From positions 352,116 to 390,311 of the forward strand of contig NW_005201338.1 of assembly GCF_000372725.1 (NCBI RefSeq): a stretch of 38,196 nt of DNA, given 5' to 3'. The stretch comes from Emiliania huxleyi CCMP1516 (taxonomy: Eukaryota). The translations under genes were made by a program, and so were the position numbers. How positions within the stretch are numbered: position 1 is the stretch's first letter; each line of letters starts with the position of its first letter. Below the pieces are notes generated by a model. The model was given only the letters and a program-made list of their open reading frames with translations, was not told where the DNA came from and did no database searches. Below, one piece after another: positions 10,822 through 21,251 of this stretch.

Positions 10822-11750
10822 TCACAGTTCGGCCCTGAGCGTGCCTCCCTCTCCCTCGGCGCGGAGGCTTGCCGCGTTGTCGAGGTGCCCGCGTATGGCG
10901 CTCGAGAAGCTACGGTTGCGAAAACACTAGAGTGAGAGGGTGGTAGCCTCGACGCCGTCCCCGCGCCGCCACGGCGCCTGTCGCGCCCCCCCGCCACTGC
11001 GTCACGCGCGGTTCTGCCGTCGGCGTCGGTCCTGCTCGGGTCGGCGCCCGCCCTCAGAAGAGAGAGCACCACCTTTGCCTGGCCCGCTCGCGCCGCGAGG
11101 TGTAGCGGCGTCGCCCCCGCGCCGTCGGCGGCGTTCAAGTCAGCGCCGGCCTTTCGGGAGCGAAGCGGCGCAGAGCGCGCGGTGAGAAGGGAGGAGTGGG
11201 AGAATGGAGCCGAGAAGCCGGCGAGGCGTCAGGGGAGAGTGGCGCACGCCTTGATCAGCAGCTCGACGAGCGCGGGATGCCCGCGCTCGGCGGCCACATG
11301 CAAAGGCGTCAGTCCCCTTGCGCCGAGCCCCCTGGCGTTGATGTCGACGCCATCGCGGCCAATCAGGAGCTTGGCTATGCCGCTCGCACGCGAGTTGGAG
11401 ATGTCTCCACGGGCCTGGTCGCCAGCGCAACGCCTCGCAACCACGTGCAGAGGCGTCTCGTCCGCGCCGTCTCTTGCGCCGGCGTCCGCGCCCGCGTCGA
11501 GCAGCGCGGTGACCGTCGTCAGGTCCTGCCGCGCGCGACCACAGATCGCGAGGTGCAGTGGGACATTCCCCTTCTTGTTGCGCTTGTTCAGGTCGGGGCG
11601 CACCCACGCGTCCTCGTATTCGTTAAACTTGCCACGGATCGCGACGCGGAGCGGCTCGACCTGGCCCTCTTCGGCTGCCTTGTGCAGGCCGACCCGAGCA
11701 GTCTCGGCGATCGGCAGCAGTCCGAGAAGCAGGCGCGGGAAGAAGCGCAT
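10822..11750 (-). CDS. Ankyrin-repeat protein with N-terminal hydrophobic leader and C-terminal RAEL; exons 11750-11250, 11150-10978, 10909-10822
   Basis: Ankyrin motifs GNVPLHLA, ETPLHVVA, GLTPLHVAAERGH, GATPLHLAARAGQ. GC-AG introns 11249-11151 and 10977-10910 keep the frame. Confidence 0.88.
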
Positions 11751-11841
11751 ATGTACACTTTTGCGTGGGATGAGCGACCTGGTAATACGCAGCAGCCGCG
11801 CCGTGAGGTGGCAGGCAGGCGCGAGGTGGCAGAGGCAAGTA

Positions 11842-12322
11842 CCGTCGGGTACTTATTTTAAGAGCAAGTAAACAGCAATAGATCCGGCCCTCAACCGGCC
11901 TAATCGGTACCCAGCCCTCACGGAATGAGAGAGAGAGACGTACGTACACGGAATCGGTCCCTCGTTGTACAGCAATCGATCCTTCACAGCTGCCCGCCCT
12001 GCCAAACTTGCCGAGAATCGGTCCTCCACATGAATGTTCTGGCATGGAATGTACTGTCGGGTAGGTGTTGAGTGTACCCTTGCATCCCGCCAGTCTGATG
12101 TATCTGCTGTGCCGAACGTGCGCGTTTGGCGGAACCTCTCACCTGGTGCGCGTGGCAACGGGTCTGTGGGGCGGCCCCCTGTACCCCCTCCCCCCCCCGC
12201 CCGGGTGTTTAGCAATTGGTCCCTTGGCAAGTGCAAATCGGTCCCCCTGGCTCCAGGAACTGATCCGGCACTACACCCGGATCTATTGCTGTTGACTTGC
12301 TCTTAAAATAAGTACCCGACGG
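11842..12322. mobile_element. MITE, 481 bp, with 46-bp terminal inverted repeats and TA target-site duplication (Tc1/mariner-type)
   Basis: CCGTCGGGTACTTATTTTAAGAGCAAGTAAACAGCAATAGATCCGG (11842-11887) matches the reverse complement at 12277-12322 with 1 mismatch. TA lies on both sides. No internal transposase. Confidence 0.92.
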
Positions 12323-12636
12323 TACTGTCCACTATGAAAGTGTGAAAAGGTGGGAGCAGCAGCTCGCCTGTTGATAGGTCCAGGTGATAGCCCTGGATGG
12401 GCAATGCATACGCCTAGTTGGGCCTCAGATCGCCCGACCGCGTCCCGGTGCTCTGTGGTCGGATTTGTGACGCCGCCGCACCGCGCCGCGGCCGGGGGCC
12501 CTCCCTCCGGAGGCCGAGGATTGCCGTGACGGACCGGGACGAGCTCTGGGAGGTTCAGTGTCATCATGTGCACAATATCTACTTCAATATCTCTCAGTCT
12601 AGCTAAGCCTGGGAAGGCGATGCCGGGGCCGTACAG

Positions 12637-12861
12637 CAGCTTGATGGTGCTTCGCCGGCGTGCGTCCTGGAGGCGGAGCGGTGCCGGACGGGCAGTCCGT
12701 GGGAGGAAAATGGAGGACAACGCCGACACCGCTCTGATTCGACTTTTAACTTCAAACAAAGACAGTGGGACGCGCCACAGCCACAGGCACAGCGCGGTGC
12801 ATGCCACTGTCAGTAGCGGATGCGTCAGTTAGTCGTGTTCACGCCGGGATCGTGTCCTCCG
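12637..12861. repeat. Structured dispersed element B, copy 1 (candidate structured ncRNA or SINE-like element)
   Basis: Aligns with 32433-32647. Nested stems GGAGGACA/TGTCCTCC, CCGCT/AGCGG and GACAGTGG/CCACTGTC. Confidence 0.85.
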
Positions 12862-13643
12862 CAACCTGGGCAGACTTTAGGCTTGGACAGTATCAGAGAA
12901 AAATAGTTAGAGGCTTGCGGCGCCGGCGGCTCGAGCGCCTCGAGGAGGGGGACGAGCCTACCGCGCTCGGACCTCGGCGCCGGCGTAGGAAAACTCTGCC
13001 GGCCCGAGCGCCTCAGGCTCGTACTCTGCGCGCGGCGGCCGGATCACAGCCTACGGCGATAGTCGGCGTGGTGGCGATTGTGAAGAGCCGGTTACTGCTA
13101 GTCGTGCATGGTTACTGCTAGTCTGCGGCTCCTCGACGAGGGTGTCGTAGACGGCGGACATTTAGAGGCGACAAAGCCGAAGTCAAACTGAAAGCTCGAC
13201 GCCGTGAAAGAATAACTTTTTTTTTGGAAGGGTTGCCCGGCGCTGCGCGCATTCGAACAGGCTCGACTGCATCTTCGATCGCATCTTCTGCGTATATTTT
13301 GCGCCCCTATAGCAGCTCGCGGAGGAGCAAAGGACGCCCGGATTAGCGCTGCGCGCGGCCGATTAAAAAAACGCGCGCTGCAAGTGCTCAGGCTGATAAC
13401 TGCCAAGTGCTCCAAGTGCGCTTCCACCCGTCCATTCGACGCCCAAGGGTGGGTGACGGCTAACACCACACTCCTCTCCTTAAAATCCACGTGTGGTGGC
13501 GGCGTGCCGTCCTCTCCCATCCAGACAAAACCGTTAGGCCTCCGCCCGGCGACGGCCGACGCTGCCTCCGCACCTAGCAGCCTTTCACCCTCAGCCAGGC
13601 CGGCGCCGTCTCCGCCTCTATTTATCAAAAGACAAACCCGATT

Positions 13644-13950
13644 GATTGCGAGCCAACGCGTTCTCAGACGCGTGTACACGCACCCGAGCCCGCGCCGAGC
13701 GCGCACATGCCATCCTGGTAGTGAGCACAGGACCGTGGCTCTCCCACGTCATGGATACAGTCACGCTACCTATTTATCGTCCGTTGCGTTTCCCGATTGC
13801 GAGCCAACGCGTTCTCAGACGCGTGTAACACGCATCCGAGCCCGCGCCGAGCGCGCACATGCCATCCTGGTAATGAGCACAGGACCGTGGCTTCCCACGT
13901 CATGGATACAGTCAGATTAGCGATTCATTCCCGTTGCAGTCTCCGATTTG
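13644..13950 (+). repeat. Tandem duplication, 151-bp period, about 2 copies
   Basis: GATTGCGAGCCAACGCGTTCTCAGACGCGTGTA...CATGGATACAGTCA at 13644 and 13795. Confidence 0.93.
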
Positions 13951-14098
13951 CGGTTGCGCCGTCGACCCTGGGGGCCGTACATGGAGCTCCATACCACTTA
14001 GCGACACGCGGTCCGCGTCGGCCTATCGATCGGCCTCGAGGGTAACGGTGCCGCGCATCGATCGGCCCCCTCGAGACAGCCGCGCAAGGGCCCAACTC

Positions 14099-17000
14099 TC
14101 ACGCGCACGCGAAGTAGTCCGGCTCTCGGTCCGGCACGGGGACGGTGGAGAAGAGCAGGTCGCGGGTCGCCCCGCCGAGCACGTACACGGCCGCCTCGTA
14201 GCCCAGCGACTCATAGTACTGGCCGATACACTCGCCGCCGCCGCAGCCCGCGCGGTCGTGCTTTCCGGCGCAGCAAAGCCCCGTGAAGGTTCCGTCGTCC
14301 TTTGCCTTGACGGTGGCACCCTTGTTGGAGGGCTGGCCTTGGAAGCACCTGTGAAGGGGGGGGGTGGGGGGGGGAGACCGCGGGTGGATCGCTCGTGGCG
14401 CCGCGCGCGTGTGTGTCGCTGTGGCTGTTCGCACGTTGGGTCGAGGAGCTTGTTGCCCCAGAAGGTGAAGTTGCCGTCCGAGTTTTCGGTGAAATTGAGG
14501 ATGGTCATCATGCCCCAGTCCTGGATCGGGGAGGGGGAGAGTCTCAAGACGCCGGCAGGCGGGCTCGCCCAGCACCTGGAGACTGGGCGTGGCTGCCTCG
14601 TGGTCGAGTACGTGGCAGTGAACGACCTGCCGCGAGACGAACGTGTCCACCTGCAGGCAGGCGCGGACCAAGCTGAGGTAATGGCCGCGGTATGCTCGGC
14701 GAGCGACTAGTATTGGTGAGTAGAAGAGGCACACGTTGGCGCGGACGACGTGCGTAAGGTTGTTGGCCGATTCCTTGTCCGTGAGCCCGTCGGGACTGTG
14801 CTGTTCCTCCGCCGCCTTGTTGTGGCACCAGTTTGGCGGCACCTGGCAATATTGTATTACGACCTAGTAAAGGGTTTTGATCAGGGGGCGAGACGGGGCC
14901 CTGACCTGGGGTGCTGCCTGGAGCGTGTCGTGCCAGTCGCCAGCCTGAAAGTACGGCTCACCGAGGAAGTTCGAGAGGTTGTAATGCTTGCGCATCGTCT
15001 TGAACTCGTCATACCCCGTCTGGAGCTGGAATGGGATCACGTGCCTGCGCATGAGCGGGTGGCCGTCATCTAACACGTGTCTCAGGAACGTCTTTCTGGC
15101 AGTGCGCACCAGTGGAACGCGTGATCGAAGACGCCTTTGATGTTGAACTGAGAGAGGCTTCCAACCTATAAAGGGGGGGGGGGGGTTGGTGGCGGGTGCG
15201 TCGTTGGGGCGGTTCGAATGGGTGCGGGGGTGAAAGCCTGCTCGCTGAACATCGGATGTTCGTGAGAGAGAGCGTGCTCGTCGTACCGCTTCTTGTTGAT
15301 GGTGAAAGGAGAAAATGCGCTGCCATCGGAAAAGAATTTGCCATCGGCAGAGTCAGGACCGGGCCCAAAGTGGAGCTCGAGGTTGCCGTCTTGCGTCAGG
15401 TCCTACAACGTCGAAGACCACGAGGGAGCAGTCAACGGGGCGGGAGTTATATCGATTCGGGAAGGACGGGAGGAAGCCGCCTCTTCGTTGATCAGCTTGG
15501 TGGCGTTTTGCAGGTTCGCGAGGTCTACAGTTGGACACGGCAGCGGTGTTTGTTGCGGGCGGGGCGGGGCGGGGGGGGGCGGGCGGGGGCGGGCGGGGGC
15601 GAGGGCGGGGGCGCGCACAGCACGGGCGGGTCACTGTAAACTTCGGGAGCGTGCACGTGGGCGCTGGAACCCCTTGGACGATTTCCATGTACATGAGCGG
15701 GATCGTAATCCTGCCCTGCGCCTTTGCGAGGAGCGTCTCTCGGACCACCGAGGCGTCCGATTTGTTCGCCTGAGTAATCAAAATTCCGATTCAGTCTCAC
15801 AACCGGACCGCGCGTCTCCCGGGATCGCGTGAGCGCACGTGTGGGATGGCGTCGGCGGCATTGCACACGACATTGGTGACCTTGTTGTGCTTGACATCCT
15901 CGTCGTTTTGGTTGTAAAGGAGCCCGTCGAGAAGAGTCGGATTCGGGTACTTGTTCGGGTCAGGCTCAGTGCACCTGCGGCAAGTTGGGACGCTGAGAGC
16001 GAGGCGGGGAGGGCACCAACATGCGCGGTCGGTCGGCGAACTTGATGAGGAGATCCGCACGGTTGCCGAGCCCAAGGAAGGCGTACTTGACCGGTCGTGG
16101 CCTGAGCAAGAGGCGGAAGCAAAAGTGTTAGATCTCAGACCCAGCGCCACTCTGGCTTGCGTGGTTAGGGCGAGTGCTAATTGTGTCGATTGGCAGAATG
16201 TAGAGCACGCACGCGTCGTGCAGGTAGACGCCATCCTTTGCGAGGAGTTGCGCCTCGCAGAATTCCGGGAAGACGATGTACATCTGGTCTGTGATCTGCG
16301 CAGCAGAAATCGGGCGCTGGTCAACGCAGAGATCTCTTGCTAGATCGGACGTCTCTCGCAGGCACCGANNNNNNNNNNNNNNNNNNNNNNNNNNNNNNNN
16401 NNNNNNNNNNNNNNNNNNNNNNNNNNNNNNNNNNNNNNNNNNNNNNNNNNNNNNNNNNNNNNNNNNNNNNNNNNNNNNNNNNNNNNNNNNNNNNNNNNNN
16501 NNNNNNNNNNNNNNNNNNNNNNNNNNNNNNNNNNNNNNNNNNNNNNNNNNNNNNNNNNNNNNNNNNNNNNNNNNNNNNNNNNNNNNNNNNNNNNNNNNNN
16601 NNNNNNNNNNNNNNNNNNNNNNNNNNNNNNNNNNNNNNNNNNNNNNNNNNNNNNNNNNNNNNNNNNNNNNNNNNNNNNNNNNNNNNNNNNNNNNNNNNNN
16701 NNNNNNNNNNNNNNNNNNNNNNNNNNNNNNNNNNNNNNNNNNNNNNNNNNNNNNNNNNNNNNNNNNNNNNNNNNNNNNNNNNNNNNNNNNNNNNNNNNNN
16801 NNNNNNNNNNNNGGGGGGGGGGGGGGTTGGGTTGGGAGGGGGGGCGGGGGCTGACGACGGGCGCTACTAAAAAGCCTGGTTGTTATTGCATGGTTGGTCA
16901 ACCAGCTCGTACTTCTCCTTGCACCTATGTAATAAAGGTTCGTCGTCTCCTAGAAGGTCCGAGTGCTTTGTCGTCGTGTGTGTGCACCTGTCGTCGAGAT

Positions 17001-17511
17001 CGTTGAGGTGGGCCTCGCGGTTCCGCATTCCCCGCTCTTCAAGCAACTCATGCTCCTCGGCCGTGAAGGGGGAAACCGGGGCACTGCATAGTTTGCTTTC
17101 CGCCAGTTGCTCCTTGCTCATGCTTTTGTTCCCGTATGCCTGCGCAGCGCCAACGGGCTAGTGTCATGGTCTGATGTGGCACATGGAGGGGGAAGGGGGA
17201 GGGGGTGTGGCACCAGGCAGCATTGCAGCATTCCGGTCGGTTCCGCCCCTCCCTCCCCTGGAAAAAAGTCCACTGCCCCTTGACCTCCCCTTTCGATTCC
17301 TTTCTGATTGTTTGCATCGGCGCCGAGGATGATGAGATGCTTCTCCTCCTTGAGGATCTTGGGTAGGGTCAAGTACTTGGGTAGGGTCCCGTGCTCCCCC
17401 ACGACGTCCTGCGGCGCAGCCAGGGCCCGGAGGTGGCTCACTACTCCTCCCACCCGTCTCTGTGCTCTACGTGCTTCCCCCGTCTCCCTCTCCCTCTCCC
17501 TCCCCCCCCCC

Positions 17512-17569
<58 letters not shown>

Positions 17570-17957
17570 CCTCTCTCTCTCTCTCTCTCCCCCCCTCCCA
17601 CCTCGACGATCAGCAGCCCGACGGCACCGCCGCCCGCCTGGATGCCCGTCGGCCCGTGGAAGTGCGGGTGGTACCAATGGGTTCCCGGCATGTGGTCCTC
17701 CGGGATCACGTACGTGTACGTGTGGTTGTCGCCCGGTGCGACGCGGCGAAAGACGTTGTCCGCCGGGTCCTCACCGCTGATGTGCAAGCCGTGCGTGTGC
17801 AGGTTGGTCGCTTGGTAGTCGTGCTGGTAGTTTGTGAGCCCCGCCATTTGCGCGTCCGGGTCGTCCACATCCGTCAGGTTGTTGATGAGCGTGACCTGCG
17901 CACACGGGCGACTCCGGATGTTGATAGTACAGCGGGCAGGCAAGTGAAAGTGTGTGT

Positions 17958-17988
<31 letters not shown>

Positions 17989-18334
17989 GCACCACCTTGA
18001 GGGTGTCGCCGGGCTTGACTTTGATGGTCGGCCCCATCGGCGTGTTCTTGTTGTAGCCGCGGGTGGTCACGTTGATCGCCTTCGAGTTGAGAGTGTGGTG
18101 GGGCGTTTCCTTGAGCGGGACATGCATTTCGACCCTGCCCATCGTGAGCTGGCAGGTGACGTCCGTGCAGTTGTCCTCCCTCTCGCGGGAGCCGCAGTAG
18201 CGGCAAAAGGACTGAATGGAGCCTGTTGGGGGTGCCGGTTCGAGGATGGACCCGAACATGGTGCTTCGCGCGGTGGTGGCCTCCGTCGGGAGTGCGATCG
18301 CGCCCAGCCCGAGCATCACAAAGACGCCGAACAT
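14099..18334 (-). CDS. Multicopper oxidase (three cupredoxin domains, laccase/CueO-like); many introns, spans an assembly gap, ends uncertain
   Basis: All four Cu-binding motifs are present: TNLHTHG (~17795), HWYHPHFHG (~17670), HAFHW|H (intron 15109-15045) and HCHVLDHE|DWGMM (GC-AG intron 14596-14521). Also GPTIKVKPGDTLK|VTLINNL and a hydrophobic N-terminus. Confidence 0.92.
16369..16812. other. Assembly gap (N run)
   Basis: Run of N. Confidence 1.
17514..17590 (+). repeat. (CT)n microsatellite in a multicopper oxidase intron
   Basis: Directly visible. A (GT)n tract at ~17950-17971 lies in the neighbouring intron. Confidence 0.95.
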
Positions 18335-19502
18335 GGCCAAGAACGTCGTTGGAAGATGTAGGCTTTGAGCTCTCGGGCGGCCTGCGTGGCAGGGTGGAGG
18401 GTGGCGCCGTGAGCGGCCTCTCCGTCGTATCCGCAGGGCGGTGATACGTTGAGCATGGCAAGACACGTGATAGGGCGGGGTCTGAGGGGGGGAAGGGGAG
18501 GGGGACAAAGTCTGAACGCAAAAGTTGAGTACAGAACAGCTGCGGCGGCTGGCGAGGGCGGCGGCGAGGCGGCGGCGAGGGCGGCGGCGGTGCAAATGGC
18601 GACAGCGGGCACGGTTGGTGTAGGGTCGCGCGATAGCGAGGGCGGCGGCGGCGAGGGCAACGGCGGTGAGAGGCAGCGCGGCGGCGGTGAGAGGCAGCAC
18701 GGCGGCGGCGGCGAGGCTGGCGGAGGGCTGGTGATAGTGAGGGCGGCAGTGGCGGCGGCGGCGGCGGCGGCAAGGGCCGGCGGAGGCGGGGGGCGAGAGC
18801 GGCGAACGAGCGGGACAAGGGTCGGATGGGCAGCAGCGACGCGTCTCGCAGCTCCTTGATGGCAACGGCGCACCTGCGAGCGGGAGGGTGCAGCCAGCTC
18901 GGGAGGCACAGCTGCTTGGGCGTCGAGCGAGGGAGCGTCGTATGGCGGGAGCGGTGGGGGCGCTGCGGGTTCCGCGAGTAGCAGGCGTCGCGGGGATCAA
19001 GGCGTGCAGCTTGCGGCGGCCATCGGACGTGCGAAGCGGCGGGGCCAGCCCGAGGGACTCTCAAGACCTCAAGAGCAAATGTTGGGAAGCCTCGAGCAAA
19101 CACTGGGAAGCAAGACTGGGAGCTGATTGGACTCACGAAAAGCCGCCGCGATTTCTCTTTTTTGAGAGTTTAGTGAAGGAAAGGCCGTCTCCCAGGTTCG
19201 CCCTCCGGGGCATCGGCTTGAAGCTAACTGTAGAAACATGCGACAGAGGGCGGCGGTTTGCCACATCACACAAGCACAAACAACAACAACCAATCTCAAG
19301 AAGAAGAATCACTCTGTGTGACACATTTCTTGTTGGCTTCTAAAAATCTCTCCCAATCTCTCTCAAGCACAAGGCTCCGGCATCGCACGAGAGAGCCAGA
19401 AGAGTGCGTGCCATGGCTCATCGGTCCGGCGCTATCGGGGGCAGCGGCAGGGCGGACGAGAGTCGCGGGGGCGGGACGCGGCGTCGCGTCGGTCTGGTAC
19501 CA

Positions 19503-19825
19503 CTAGAGCCTGGTCGGGTAGTTGCCGCGTCGCCCCTCGTTCGCCAACGCCATGCGGGCCTGGGCAGCGTCGTGCTGCGCACTCGACTTCTCGCGGGCGG
19601 CAAGCAGCGCCTAATTGAGTGGTGAATTAAGTAATCGATGACTCAATCTGCCGACTTCTCGCGGGCGGCCAGCAGCGCCTCCGACTCGCTGCTCCCGTCG
19701 TCGTCCCTCGGCGCCTCGGCGTCGCCTCTCCCGCGCGCGATCTCGTCCTCGCTCCGCCGCATCGGGGCGGGGCGGTACGCGGCGGCGCAGAGGAGGCAGC
19801 CACCCAGGCAAGCGATGCCTGCCAC
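19503..19825 (-). CDS. 3' end of a probable membrane-protein gene whose upstream part is in or beyond the gap
   Basis: Hydrophobic MAGIACLGGCLLCAAAY is followed by a charged tail. It stops at 19643 unspliced, or at 19503 if the 68-nt GC-AG intron 19678-19611 is removed. Confidence 0.45.
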
Positions 19826-19992
19826 ACACGGGGGGGGGGGGGGGGGCGCTTTTGCTCCGCCTTTGCTGCTGCAAAGCCGGCCTTGGGCGCCTTCCGGGGG
19901 GGGGGGGGGGGCTTAAAGGGGGAAGGGGGAAGGGGGAAGGGGTAAAATTGTAAAAGGGAAAAAAGGGAAAAGATTCCTCCCCGCGCCCCCGG

Positions 19993-20092
19993 NNNNNNNN
20001 NNNNNNNNNNNNNNNNNNNNNNNNNNNNNNNNNNNNNNNNNNNNNNNNNNNNNNNNNNNNNNNNNNNNNNNNNNNNNNNNNNNNNNNNNNNN
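19993..20092. other. Assembly gap (100 N)
   Basis: Run of N. Confidence 1.
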
Positions 20093-20669
20093 TTTCCACC
20101 TCAGGAAAGGCGGATGAAGGCTAAGTCGTTTTTTTTGTTTACCGTGACGGTTTTGTTGGGCTGAAGGTGGTAGAAGCGAGGGGGGAGGGGGGAAGAGGGG
20201 AAAGGGGAAGAGAGGGAGAGGATGCCTGCCGGCGTCGCGTGTGCTGCTGTGGCATGCGCCTCACGGCTGCGACTGGCCGGCGCCTCGGCGCGTCAGCTCG
20301 GCTCGGCGTAGCGATCGTGGCCAGCACAACTCGCCTGGACTCAACGCTCAGCCAGGAGCTCCCGCACGCGCTGGCGCGAGTCATGGCGCATGCAACGCGC
20401 CTGAATGCTCGCCTCGCCTCGCGCAAATGCGACCGTCCTCGCAGCCGACAGTCCACCGCCTGCTAAAGAAGCACAGCGACGAATGCGGCACCGGCGACGC
20501 ATGGCAGGCTGGTCATGACGCAATCATAGGGTGTTGTGTGCCGTCGCAGAGTGACTCTCTGTGTGTCAGGGATAGTCAGGGCCGTCCATCAGAGCTCCGG
20601 TAAGCTCGGAGACACCCCATTAGTGCGACTCGACCTCTTTGAGTCTCACTGCCTTCCCGGCGGTTTGGC

Positions 20670-20841
20670 TGTAGAGCCTCCTCTACAACCAACTCTACAG
20701 CAAAATCGCGCTCTACATCGCTCTACAACGCACGCAGTTCGTCACGCAGCCGATGTAGAGCTCTAGAGCTCTACAGCGCTCCAGAGCGCTCTACATCTCT
20801 ACAGCTCTACAGCGCTCTACACTCTACATCCTCTATCTACA
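20670..20841 (+). repeat. Cluster of CTCTACA / TGTAGAG heptamers
   Basis: About ten CTCTAC(A) copies plus inverted TGTAGAG at 20670 and ~20754. Confidence 0.85.
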
Positions 20842-21251
20842 CCCTCCCTCAGCGAAAAGTGCTGGGGACCCTGTCGTTTCCTTTTTGGTTTCCGGAAGCT
20901 CGCGAGTGTGGTTTCGGCCATGGGTGACCTCCTGACCCGAGCTCAGATGGCGGCGAGCAGAACGTGCCCAGAAATCATATACACAATCGGTCGGTGCAAG
21001 CAGTACAACAGACAGTATTTATTCCTGAACAGACAGGTTTCATGTGCGAGAGCTGCATCGAGGCTCTCGCCCCCTGTGTCCTGCCTCAGCCAGAAGCTGC
21101 ACGAACGACTTCTTGAGCGCCGGCTCAACCCCTTCCTCTAAACAGAAAACCCAGTCCTTGAATGTCGGAGCTATGCAATACTGGAAAAGAAAAGCGCTTC
21201 GCTCTCGCCCGCCCCTCTGTGTCCGGCTTTTGGCGCACGGTGCGCACGGGT

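Noticed and set aside
12637..12861. Hammerhead ribozyme or C/D-box snoRNA identity for element B
   Set aside because: CTGATTC is not the CTGANGA core with a properly placed GAAA, and there is no canonical box C / terminal box D arrangement.
16128..16901. ORFs running through N gaps
   Set aside because: Artefacts of translating N runs.
18400..19136. Pro/Ala-rich ORFs as an N-terminal extension of the multicopper oxidase
   Set aside because: Low-complexity (GCC)n-like DNA open in several frames; no confident splice path to 18334.
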